Source: Thecamonas trahens ATCC 50062 (taxonomy: Eukaryota > Protista > Apusomonadida). Taken from it: a DNA stretch of 64,000 bases. The notes beneath the pieces were generated by a model that saw only the letters and a list, made by a program, of their open reading frames with translations, did not search any database and had not been told where the DNA came from. The position numbers and the translations under genes are program-made. The stretch spans positions 310,001 through 374,000 of the forward strand of contig NW_013657654.1 of NCBI RefSeq assembly GCF_000142905.1. Direction: 5' to 3'. Positions 1-9,331 of this stretch are shown here, piece by piece (within the stretch, counting starts at the first letter, position 1; each line of letters begins with the position of its first letter).

Positions 1-657
1 CCGTCAGCGACCGCAGAACCCCATACGGCCGCAGCAGCTTGTACACCTCAGACGCCAGCATCTCCTTTGACGGCAGGACCAGCGAGAGATGCGACGACGG
101 CCACACATCCGCAATGTCCTCCAGCATCGGCTTGCCGCGGATTGCATGGACATCCCCGCGCGCCCGTATTGGCAGACCCGATCCCTCGCCACGCAACACC
201 TCCGCCGCTGCCTCCACCGCCTCGCCTGTAACCTCATGCGGAAGATAGACCACCAGTCCACCTTCCTTCAGCCGCGGCACCACTCCAGCCTCACTCATTC
301 CGGCCTGATCCAGCGCGGACTCTGCTGCCGCCGCTGTCGCCGTCGTTGCCCTCGAGATCAGTCCACCCGTCACCCGATGCAAGCCCAGCGCCGTGAACAC
401 CGAGGTCGACGACGCCAGCGCGTGCATCCACTGCAGCGGCGGACCGGCGAGCGAGAAGCATGAGCCGACCCAGATTGCGGGGTGACCTGTTTGCGAGTTT
501 GCGACAACGATGACGGCGATGACAATGATGACGATGATGCCGACGATGACGACGATGACGATGACAATGACCTTGTCCGACCTAGCCCACCCAGTCCCCG
601 CAGGCATCCCCGAGCAAGCACCACCGCCGAGGCAGACTGAAGACGGCGACCCAGCAT
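1..657 (-). CDS. YME2: YME2-like mitochondrial escape protein 2 (RRM-containing), 5' part; runs off the window edge
   Basis: Hand translation of the minus frame at 2-480 (absent from the ORF track) gives VVPRLKEGGLVVYL...VHAIRGKPMLEDIADVWPSSHLSL...EVYKLLRPYGVLRSL. This matches the YME2 motifs PRxKEGGxxV, GxPxLED and LxxxxRxYG. An Arg/Ser-rich presequence-like MLGRRLQSASAVVLARG starts at ATG 657 in another frame. Joining them needs an indel near 480 or a 56-nt GT-AG intron at 486-431. Confidence 0.7.
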
Positions 658-975
658 AAGCTCCGACACAAAGCGAGAGGTGGTGCTCTTGGCTCCCGCT
701 CCCGCTTCTCTTCCTCTCCTTAAACTTGGCATTTGCGCCACGTCGACCTGACTCTCTGCTCCAAGGCCTTCCGTCCATTTCGCCAAAAAAAGAATGTCAT
801 CCCCCCACCCGCCACCCAACTGCCTTCAAATTTTTTTGTCGCCCTCACCCCACCCCCCCTTCCCACGAACCAGGCGACAGGCACTTCGGCACGAGGCGAC
901 AACGGCAGTTCCCTCACCTGCCACGCCTCGCCTAGCGCGCAACATATGCAAAGGACGGCAGACTTGTCACCAAGC

Positions 976-1725
976 ATGTCAAGCACAGAGACGGCAGGCG
1001 AGTTTGGGCTTTGTCCCGTGTGCGGGAGTGCCAATCCGAAGGAGTTTTACGCGTACTCGGGCCACAAGTACTGCACCACGACGTGCGCTCGTGCTGCTCG
1101 CAAGGGAGAGGATCAACCGTTTCTGGAAGCAGCAGAGGCAGCGGCAGCCGAGGCAGAAGCAGAAGCCAAGGCGAGTGCGGTGGCAAACCGCGCACCGGCG
1201 GCATCAAAGCCGAAATCGGCAGCGGCAACGTATCGGGCCGAAGCTGCAAAGAGTCCCGAGGAGAAAAAGGCTGCGGCGGCGGCCATCGCCGCCCGGCTGA
1301 AGGCGTCAAAGGCGTCAAAGTCGGCGGCTGGGTCGATGACGTCGGCGAGATTGTGCCATGGCTGTAAGAACGAGCTGGGCAACGAGTATGTCACCGCAGG
1401 CAGCCACTCTTTCCACTCGATCTGCCTCAAGTGTGCCGTCTGTCGCAAGGCCATCGACGGCGCCTTTGGTACCTCGGACTCGGGCAACATCGTGTGCGCG
1501 ACGTGCTTTGGCGCAGATGCGGCGCCGGCCGATGCGTCGTCTGCCTCTGCTGCGCCGCTCTGTGCAGGTTGCGGAAACGCTGCTGCCGGTGATGTTGTCG
1601 ACGCACTCGACGCCCTCTGGCACCCGGCGTGCTTCATTTGCTCGCTCTGCTCCTCCGAGCTCGGCACACGCTTTGCCGTCAACGCCTCGGGTAAGCCAGT
1701 GTGCAACACGTGCTGGGGCTCGTAG
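976..1725 (+). CDS. LIM-domain protein (N-terminal Cys4 zinc finger plus two LIM domains)
   Basis: CHGC...FHSICLKCAVC...CATC and CAGC...WHPACFICSLC...CNTC are canonical LIM patterns. An N-terminal CPVC...YCTTTC finger precedes them. ATG 976 chosen after the C-rich upstream tract. Confidence 0.88.
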   Translation: MSSTETAGEFGLCPVCGSANPKEFYAYSGHKYCTTTCARAARKGEDQPFLEAAEAAAAEAEAEAKASAVANRAPAASKPKSAAATYRAEAAKSPEEKKAAAAAIAARLKASKASKSAAGSMTSARLCHGCKNELGNEYVTAGSHSFHSICLKCAVCRKAIDGAFGTSDSGNIVCATCFGADAAPADASSASAAPLCAGCGNAAAGDVVDALDALWHPACFICSLCSSELGTRFAVNASGKPVCNTCWGS

Positions 1726-1791
1726 CGCGCCCATAGTCTTTGGCCGTGTAAAGGAGCCACACACACACGCCACGCTCTCCTATGTCTGATT

Positions 1792-4278
1792 TTACTTGCG
1801 GGCCTTCATCGGCTCACCTGTCGTCACCACCACTTCCATGTCCGGCTCGAGTGCGGCCATGTCTCGGATCTGCACGCCTTCGAGGGTGTAGAGAGCGCGC
1901 GCGCGGGCATGCAACGCGTGCGCCTCGGTCGCCCGCGCAAACAATTCGTCCAGGTTCGATGCCACGATCATCTTGCCCGAGTCATACCAGCCGTTCTTGT
2001 AGACGTTGACTCGCGCAGCCTTCTTGGTCAGCAGTCGCGAGTGCGGCGGGATGGGCGGGATATCTTCGCGCGCGTCTTTGGCCGCGCCAAGCGTCGTCGC
2101 CGAGAACTTGGGCCCATGCGAGACCCAGAGGACAGTCTCGTTGGCTAGCGAGTCGAGCTCCACACAATTTTCCACCGGGTACGGGTTGGGCTTGGGAGGG
2201 CGATCGTGCGCGAGGCGCGCCTTCTTCTCGCCCTTGGCCTCGGGCGAGGCCTGCTTGGCCACCCGCGCCGCGTGCACCGCGTTGGCCCGGCGCCCGCGCC
2301 GGTGCGCATCGGTTGTCGTCAGCGGCGCTCGCGCTTCGGGCTCCGGCACCACCCGAATGTCCGAGCCGACGTGCCGGACAACGGGCGCGAGCTCGATGAG
2401 CTTGGCCTGCGGTGGCTCCTCGACCCCGTACTCGAGCGAGTCAACCACAATGTCTCCCGTCGACGTGTAGAGCTTGCGCGCCCGCCCTTGCATGTGAAAC
2501 CTCGCCTGGCACGATGCCAGTAGCTCGTATACCTTGCGTCCAGTGACGTAGATCCCACGCCGCATGACGTTCTCGCCGTTTGGCAGAACAAAGACACGCT
2601 TGACCGGCTCCGGTACAAGTCGGGAGTCGGCGGACAACTCGCGGATGTCCTCCATCGACCGCTGCTCTTCAAACTGCTCGCGCATCGAGACCAAGAGATG
2701 CACCCCATTTGGCAGCTCAGAGAACAGCACGTACTCGGGCCTGTCTTCTTCTCCGCCAGAAGCTACGGCACCGTCAGCAGTGTCGGCGTCGGCGGGAACG
2801 GTGGGCATATCCGCTGCTCCTCCTGCTGCTGCTGCTGCTGACGACGACGACGACGAGGAGGAGTTCGCCGACTTGATGCTCGCGGCATCGTCGTCGTTGG
2901 ACGCGACAGCGTCCTCGGTCTGAGTCACAAACGTCGAGGAGGCGTCGACCGGGGTGGCCTCCTCACTCTCAACCGCCTCGTGCCCATGGTCACGCTCAGG
3001 CGCGGAGGAGTGGTCGTCGGACGACCTGGTCTTCGGCAAGGCATCGACGACAATTGTACCGTCTTCGGTAAAGATGCGCCGAACAGGGTGGGCGAGCTCA
3101 AACTTTGTGCGGGCCTCGAGCTTGAGCGCCTTGATCGAGTCGGCGATGACCCGGACCGGTCGGTTGTCGAGGCCGAGCGCCAGACCGAGCCGCGAGACCA
3201 TGGCGTACTTGACCTGCTTGGGCAGGAGCCGCGAGTCAGCAGGCAGCTCCCTGATGTGGACCTTGTGGTCGGCGACTTTGGCCCGTGGGTCGCGGAACGG
3301 CTCGCCACACGAGATGTAGACCTTGGCGCCAAAGCCGACGTCGAGCACCGTCTTGGACTTGGCCGACGCGTAGAGGTCGACGCCGGATCCGTGCTCGTCA
3401 GTGACCACGAATCCATCGCCGTCGTAGATGTACCGCGCCGCTGAGAGCAAATGCAGCTTGGATGTGGCATCGTCGAGGAGCGCAGGGATGGTTGCGCCCG
3501 AGATCCGGACGCAGCCCATGTGGGGCGCGCCGTTGCGGTAGGCCTCAAAGTGAGGCGTGACCTTGGGCGAGACGAGGGTCTGCGAGATGGGCGGGAGCTT
3601 GAGCCGCGACATCCGCTGCATGGGCGACTCGGGCGGCGCCTTGGGATCGACAAACATCTCGCCGCACGACGCGTACACGTCTGCGCCGGTTCGCACCTCG
3701 TCGAGCTTGGTGATTTCACGGCCCTGGGCGTCGTACAGCTTGCGCGCAGCCGACGGTAGACCGAGCTTCCGGGTTGCGTCATCAAGCAAGTTGCCCAGGG
3801 TAGGCGCCGCCAGTGGCACCGCCGGGCCCGGGCGGCCATTGGCATGGACCATCAACCGGACACAGGCCGGCGGCGGCGAGGTGAACATCCTCGACGGCGA
3901 TCCCGAGTCACCACCAAGCGGGCGGACATGTGGTGACGATGTACTTGCTCTTGAAGCACCACGCGAGTGTGCCGGAGAACGACCAGATGGAGAAGCCCTT
4001 GATGATGTCTTGCGCGAGTGAGCACGCGAGCGGCGTCCAGATGGCGATGGCGATGGCGATGACGAGAGACCGCGATGAGGCGGAGTTGAGTTTGGCGATG
4101 AGGGGAGGAGCGACCTTGGCAGCCCTTGTTCATCCAGTCCTGTACGAAGATAGCCCGCAACCCTGGCCCTCACCATAGAATCATCTTGACAGAGACTGAC
4201 CAGCAGCCCACGCAGTTGACGCTTGCTCAGTGTCTTGAGCTCCTTGGCCAGTCCGGCTGTTGCGTACGCCCGAGACAT
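1792..4278 (-). CDS. Multi-doublecortin (DCX) domain protein, about 5 repeats (DCDC1/DCDC5-like)
   Basis: Repeated motif VxxxxNG...LLDDATxKLxLxSAARxLYxxxG...VYxSxGExF, typical of DCX ubiquitin-like microtubule-binding domains. Start placed at MSRAYATAG (ATG 4278). Confidence 0.85.
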   Translation of the reverse strand: MSRAYATAGLAKELKTLSKRQLRGLLVSLCQDDSMVRARVAGYLRTGLDEQGLPRSLLPSSPNSTPPHRGLSSSPSPSPSGRRSRAHSRKTSSRASPSGRSPAHSRGASRASTSSPHVRPLGGDSGSPSRMFTSPPPACVRLMVHANGRPGPAVPLAAPTLGNLLDDATRKLGLPSAARKLYDAQGREITKLDEVRTGADVYASCGEMFVDPKAPPESPMQRMSRLKLPPISQTLVSPKVTPHFEAYRNGAPHMGCVRISGATIPALLDDATSKLHLLSAARYIYDGDGFVVTDEHGSGVDLYASAKSKTVLDVGFGAKVYISCGEPFRDPRAKVADHKVHIRELPADSRLLPKQVKYAMVSRLGLALGLDNRPVRVIADSIKALKLEARTKFELAHPVRRIFTEDGTIVVDALPKTRSSDDHSSAPERDHGHEAVESEEATPVDASSTFVTQTEDAVASNDDDAASIKSANSSSSSSSSAAAAAGGAADMPTVPADADTADGAVASGGEEDRPEYVLFSELPNGVHLLVSMREQFEEQRSMEDIRELSADSRLVPEPVKRVFVLPNGENVMRRGIYVTGRKVYELLASCQARFHMQGRARKLYTSTGDIVVDSLEYGVEEPPQAKLIELAPVVRHVGSDIRVVPEPEARAPLTTTDAHRRGRRANAVHAARVAKQASPEAKGEKKARLAHDRPPKPNPYPVENCVELDSLANETVLWVSHGPKFSATTLGAAKDAREDIPPIPPHSRLLTKKAARVNVYKNGWYDSGKMIVASNLDELFARATEAHALHARARALYTLEGVQIRDMAALEPDMEVVVTTGEPMKARK

Positions 4279-5309
4279 GCCTCCCGGACAGAGCAGATGG
4301 ACGGACGGAAGGAGGGAGGGACGGACGCAGGGGGTGGTGGATGTGTGGGTTGGTAAGGGGGTGGTGGAAAGTGGGGGGACGTGGAGTGTGTCCACTCCTT
4401 GCCCCTCCGCCCTCCCCACTGCCGTGGTCCACTGCTGTTTGGCGCCGTTGCTGCTTTTGTCAATCGTTTGGCGCCGCCTTTTAGTCTCGTTTGCGCCTTT
4501 TTGCTCCATTATTTCGACTCACGGACTCTGTCTTCCCGCTCCTGACAGGGGTTGTGGTGGGTGTGGTGGTGTCTGAAGAGCGCGATGGCATGGGTTTGGT
4601 GGTGATTATTTAGTAGTAGGCAATGGTGGCTTGATGGTGGTGGAGGAGGTGGCGTAGATCGAGACCGTGGCCCGCAAAATCTGCACAACACCATGCGTGC
4701 CCTGGAGCTGCAGGCGACGAGCACAGACATCGTACCCTGCGAGCATGCTCGATGGCGACGGTGGCGGCGCTTAACAGCAGGCGGGCTCAGAGAGCAGCAG
4801 CAGAGTGGTGGTGGAGAGTGTCAGCCCGTCGCCGTCAACGTGACCTTTTTCGGCACACGCGCAGGCACAACATGACATCGAGGAGGCATTGCACAGCACA
4901 GACGAGTTTAGCAGATGTGGATGGAGACAGGGCGGAAGTATGACACAGGCACATATCTCTATGTCTCACTGGGGAGGCTATGTGTATCCACATGTTTACG
5001 GGCCTTGGTTCTCCTCGGCATCTCACGCAGCCGACTTTTTCCACAGCCTTTCCATTGAACCACGCCAAGCAACTGCCTCCCTTCCCGTTTTGCAGATCGC
5101 TCCCTCATCACCAACCCAATCTGCCCACTCGCATGCCCGGGGCACATGTCTCGAAAGCAACGACTGTTTGCCACCATCATCTCAAGCGCTGCCCCCCCCC
5201 CTCCCTCCCACACACCCACACACAGGCACCCACTCCACCCACCGCCAACCTCACTCACCACGCACCACCCACCCATATATACATATACACATAGACAGGG
5301 GAGCGGACA

Positions 5310-7542
5310 ATGAGCACGGGTATGCCCACGGCAAGGCGGCCGTCTCGGCGAGACCGACCCATTCTGGCCATTGCCGTCCTTCAGCAGCGGAGCCGAGACC
5401 AGGAGATGCTCCTGGCAGAGCACAGAATGAGCCGCTCGCTCCACCAGTCACAGGCATATCTCGATGCTACTGTGCCCAATGCCACCACCACCACTGCCAC
5501 TGCCACTGCCACTGCCACTGCCACTGCCACCGCCCATCATGATCCTGTCGCTGTCCGTGATCCCGATGCTCATCGTGACGACATGTCGCTGCCTGCGCCA
5601 GTTGATGCTGCGGACGATGGTGATGGCGCGGCAGTCGCTGGTTCCCTTGGTGACAGCGAGTCTGCTGGCGGTACGCCGAGCAAGTCTGGAGCGCCGGCGC
5701 GGATGGCGCCGCCGCCGAAACCATCACGAGCTGCAAAGCCACCAAAGCCGGCCAGACTTCCCGCCGCGCCTACTGGTGCCGCAGCTGCCCCTGATGCTTC
5801 CATCGGTGGGCCCATTGTCCGCTCGTCATCGCTGAGCAAGAAGAGCGGCGACACGTTGCTTGTCCACGGAACCGGCCCAGCCGCCGCACGTCCGGTCGGC
5901 CGCATCACTCGTCGTTCTCGGACAGTCGGGCCGACGTCAAGCTCGCCAGCAGCAGAGGCGCCGGCAAAGCGAACTCCGCCGCGAAAACCGAGCAAGTCGG
6001 CCAAGCCACCGTTGCCGCGTCCGGTGCTGCCTGAGGGCGAGAATGATGATGATGATGACGACGACGAAGATGACGACGACGATGACGGAGATTCAAGCGC
6101 AGCTGGTAACGACGCCACTTCGGAGGCTAGAGACAAGGCGATGAGGGAGAGTGTGTGCATGTCCATGATGGCCAATCCGTACTTTGTAGTGCCCGGCCTC
6201 GAGGATGAGATGGAGGAGGTACCGGCCGCTGCGCCCCCATCGGCCAAAGACTTGGCACCGCGCGGCGGAGGCATCACTGCCCTCCCCGAAGCAAGCTGGC
6301 TGCAGGGCGAGCTCAGGGCTGCCCTTGACGAAGAGTACGTTTCGCCGGCAGAGATGCGTCGCCGGCGAACGTATGCACAGGACGCGTTTGCGGTCCTCTC
6401 GCCGAAGGGGATGAACGCCAAGGAGATGCGCAAGCGCGAGCAGACCCGCCGCAAGGTGGCCAAGAACCCGACCCGGTACTTTGCCAAGTTCCTCTCGGCC
6501 GTCGAAAAGGGCGCACAGGCCCGAGCCGTCATGCTCCTCGCCTGCGGCGTGGTCACCACTCAGCAGCTTCCCAGCGGCTGGACCGCACTCCACACCGCCG
6601 CTGCTTGCAACCGCGCCGCCATTCTCAAGATCATGCTCAACATCGGCAACACCATCCTATACATCGACGCCGCTACCACCGACGGCATGACACCACTTCA
6701 CATTGCCGCCCGTGACAACGCGCCTGCCGCCGTCCGCACACTTCTCGACCACGGCGCATCCATCCTGCCGGACGCGCAGGGTCGGCTCCCACACGACATT
6801 GCCATCGAGCATCGCTGCGGCGGCGCGCTCGAGGTTCTGCACAACGCCACGTGTGTCTTTGGCCGCGAGTTGACCTCATCGGTCGCCCGCGACCACTCGC
6901 ACGTCCCCAGCATCCTCCGTGACTTGATGATGACCCTATTGGAGAGTCCCAACGCGCTCACCACGAGGCGTCTTTCGTAAGTCTGCCCGGAAGGCCTCGC
7001 TCGACATCCTGCGTGCCCTGTACGACCGTGGTTACGGCGAGGTCGACCTCACCAAGCTCCTCTCAGAGCTCGGCGACGTGACCCACACGTGCGCCCATGC
7101 CATGAAGCTCTTCTTTGTCGAGCTCCCCACCCCGCTCGTCCCGCCGGCCTTCTTTGAGGCTGCCGGCCAGCTTGGCCAGCAGGTCATCTCGTTTGGCCTC
7201 GACTCGGAGCCAGCCTCGTGGCCGGCGCAGGATCTAGACTCCCGCGCCACAGACTGCCGCGCCATCCTCGCCGCTGTCTCGGGTGTCATCCTTGCCGAGC
7301 TCCCTGTCGAGCACCGCAAAGTCCTCCGCGCCCTCCTGCTCTTCCTCCGCTTCGCCTCGCTCCCAGTCCACTCTTCTTTGTCCAAGATGGGGGCCTCCAA
7401 CCTCGCCCTCGTCATGGCGCCCAACATTCTTCGCTCGCCCGGCATTGACGCCCTCACAGAGCTGCAAATGTCCAAGCCACTCAACGCGCTCATGACGTTT
7501 ATGATCATCCACGTCCAGCACCTCGCCTTTGAGCGGCAGTAA
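5310..7542 (+). CDS. Ankyrin-repeat plus RhoGAP protein, split by an apparent frameshift near 6965
   Basis: Ankyrin motifs GWTALHTAAACN and GMTPLHIAARDN, then VFGREL...VPSILRDL. After a frame change: GVFRKSA (arginine finger), MKLFFVELPTPL and KMGASNLALVMAPNIL. A possible upstream exon 4872-4937 could join via intron GTATGA...ATAG (4938-5294). Confidence 0.85.
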
Positions 7543-7639
7543 AAGATATGTACACCCATCGCATCTACCACGTGCCACGGCGTGGCGCATGCGTGTCTGG
7601 CGAACCGATGACGCCATCGCGCCATGCCATGTCATCCCC

Positions 7640-8206
7640 TCACCAGTCACAAGCCAGACCCATGACAGCGGCGACGGCCTCTATGCCGACCTTGTCGATG
7701 TCGGTGAAGCGAGCACGATGCGGCGAGTCGATATCAATGACAGCAACAAGCTTGCCCTCTGCATCGAGAACAGGAACCACGATCTCTGACTCGGAGGCAC
7801 AATCACAGGCAATGTGACCTGGGAACTCGTGCACGTTGGGCACGAGCTGTGTGGCGACCTGTTCGGCGGCGGAGCCAACGACACCCTTTCCAAAGGGAAT
7901 GGTAGCTCTTGCGGCACCACCTTGAAAGGGACCAAGGATGCACTTGCGGGCTTCGAGGTCGACGCGGTAGAAACCCGCCCAGTTGGTGTACTGCTCGCCC
8001 GGTGCTCCAAACTGGCTCATCCAACCATTAAGCGTCTCAAAGATAACCGCAGCCGCATTGGCCATGTTCGCCACTTTGTCACGCTGTCCGCTCACCACGC
8101 CGCCCACGTCCGCCACAAGTGCCTCGTACTTGCTCGCCGCATCGGGAATGTCACTCGCCCGGAGGAGGTCTCCACTCTCGTTGTGATCCTGCACCTCGTC
8201 AGTCAT
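7640..8206 (-). CDS. msrC: Free methionine-R-sulfoxide reductase (GAF domain, YebR/MsrC/YKG9 family)
   Basis: NWAGFY, LGPFQG, IPFGKGV, VHEFPGHIACD, SESEIVVP and VIDIDS are fRMsr signature motifs. Confidence 0.9.
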   Translation of the reverse strand: MTDEVQDHNESGDLLRASDIPDAASKYEALVADVGGVVSGQRDKVANMANAAAVIFETLNGWMSQFGAPGEQYTNWAGFYRVDLEARKCILGPFQGGAARATIPFGKGVVGSAAEQVATQLVPNVHEFPGHIACDCASESEIVVPVLDAEGKLVAVIDIDSPHRARFTDIDKVGIEAVAAVMGLACDW

Positions 8207-8352
8207 ACGTTTGCTTCTGATCCTGCTCACTGCTGTTGTCGTCGAGTGAGGTCTGCCCGCAGTTCCGCAACCAATCTCGATGGCAAATGCCGCAAGTCAC
8301 ATGTGGTCGCCCCGACCTGGCTCGTCTGCTTGGGAGATTTCCTCGCATCTAC

Positions 8353-8452
8353 NNNNNNNNNNNNNNNNNNNNNNNNNNNNNNNNNNNNNNNNNNNNNNNN
8401 NNNNNNNNNNNNNNNNNNNNNNNNNNNNNNNNNNNNNNNNNNNNNNNNNNNN
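8353..8452. other. Assembly gap (100 N)
   Basis: Run of 100 N. Confidence 1.
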
Positions 8453-8464
8453 TCAGGTGGAGCC

Positions 8465-9165
8465 AGCCAGACCCATGACAGCGGCGACGGCCTCTATGCC
8501 GACCTTGTCGATGTCGGTGAAGCGAGCACGATGCGGCGAGTCGATATCAATGACAGCAACAAGCTTGCCCTCTGCATCGAGAACAGGAACCACGATCTCT
8601 GACTCGGAGGCACAATCACAGGCAATGTGACCTGGGAACTCGTGCACGTTGGGCACGAGCTGTGTGGCGACCTGTTCGGCGGCGGAGCCAACGACACCCT
8701 TTCCAAAGGGAATGGTAGCTCTTGCGGCACCACCTTGAAAGGGACCAAGGATGCACTTGCGGGCTTCGAGGTCGACGCGGTAGAAACCCGCCCAGTTGGT
8801 GTACTGCTCGCCCGGTGCTCCAAACTGGCTCATCCAACCATTAAGCGTCTCAAAGATAACCGCAGCCGCATTGGCCATGTTCGCCACTTTGTCACGCTGT
8901 CCGCTCACCACGCCGCCCACGTCCGCCACAAGTGCCTCGTACTTGCTCGCCGCATCGGGAATGTCACTCGCCCGGAGGAGGTCTCCACTCTCGTTGTGAT
9001 CCTGCACCTCGTCAGTCATACGTTTGCTTCTGATCCTGCTCACTGCTGTTGTCGTCGAGTGAGGTCTGCCCGCAGTTCCGCAACCAATCTCGATGGCAAA
9101 TGCCGCAAGTCACATGTGGTCGCCCCGACCTGGCTCGTCTGCTTGGGAGATTTCCTCGCATCTAC
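8465..9165. repeat. Apparently identical copy of 7652-8352 containing a second, 3'-truncated fRMsr ORF; probably unmerged overlapping contig ends
   Basis: 701-bp direct repeat at offset 813 on either side of the N gap. Translations are identical except for the last residues next to the gap. Confidence 0.85.
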
Positions 9166-9177
9166 TGCGCTGACCTG

Positions 9178-9233
9178 CAGTGCCAGCACACCATGCCGAT
9201 TGGCACAGTGCCAGCACACCATGCCGATTGGCA
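9178..9233. repeat. 28-nt tandem duplication, 2 copies
   Basis: CAGTGCCAGCACACCATGCCGATTGGCA occurs twice in tandem. Confidence 0.85.
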
Positions 9234-9331
9234 CATTCCGCGCCGCATGCTCGCATGGATGTAACACGGCTGGCTGACTCGGTTCATTAGAGCATGTCTC
9301 GCGCCGCCGACGTCCATGATCGCTGCTTGAT

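Noticed and set aside
6960-6980. Pseudogene status for the frameshifted genes
   Set aside because: Both halves remain well conserved with no additional stops, which favours sequencing error.
7652-9165. Real tandem duplication of the fRMsr gene
   Set aside because: The copies look identical and sit either side of a 100-N gap, which is typical of unmerged contig overlap. Read depth would settle it.
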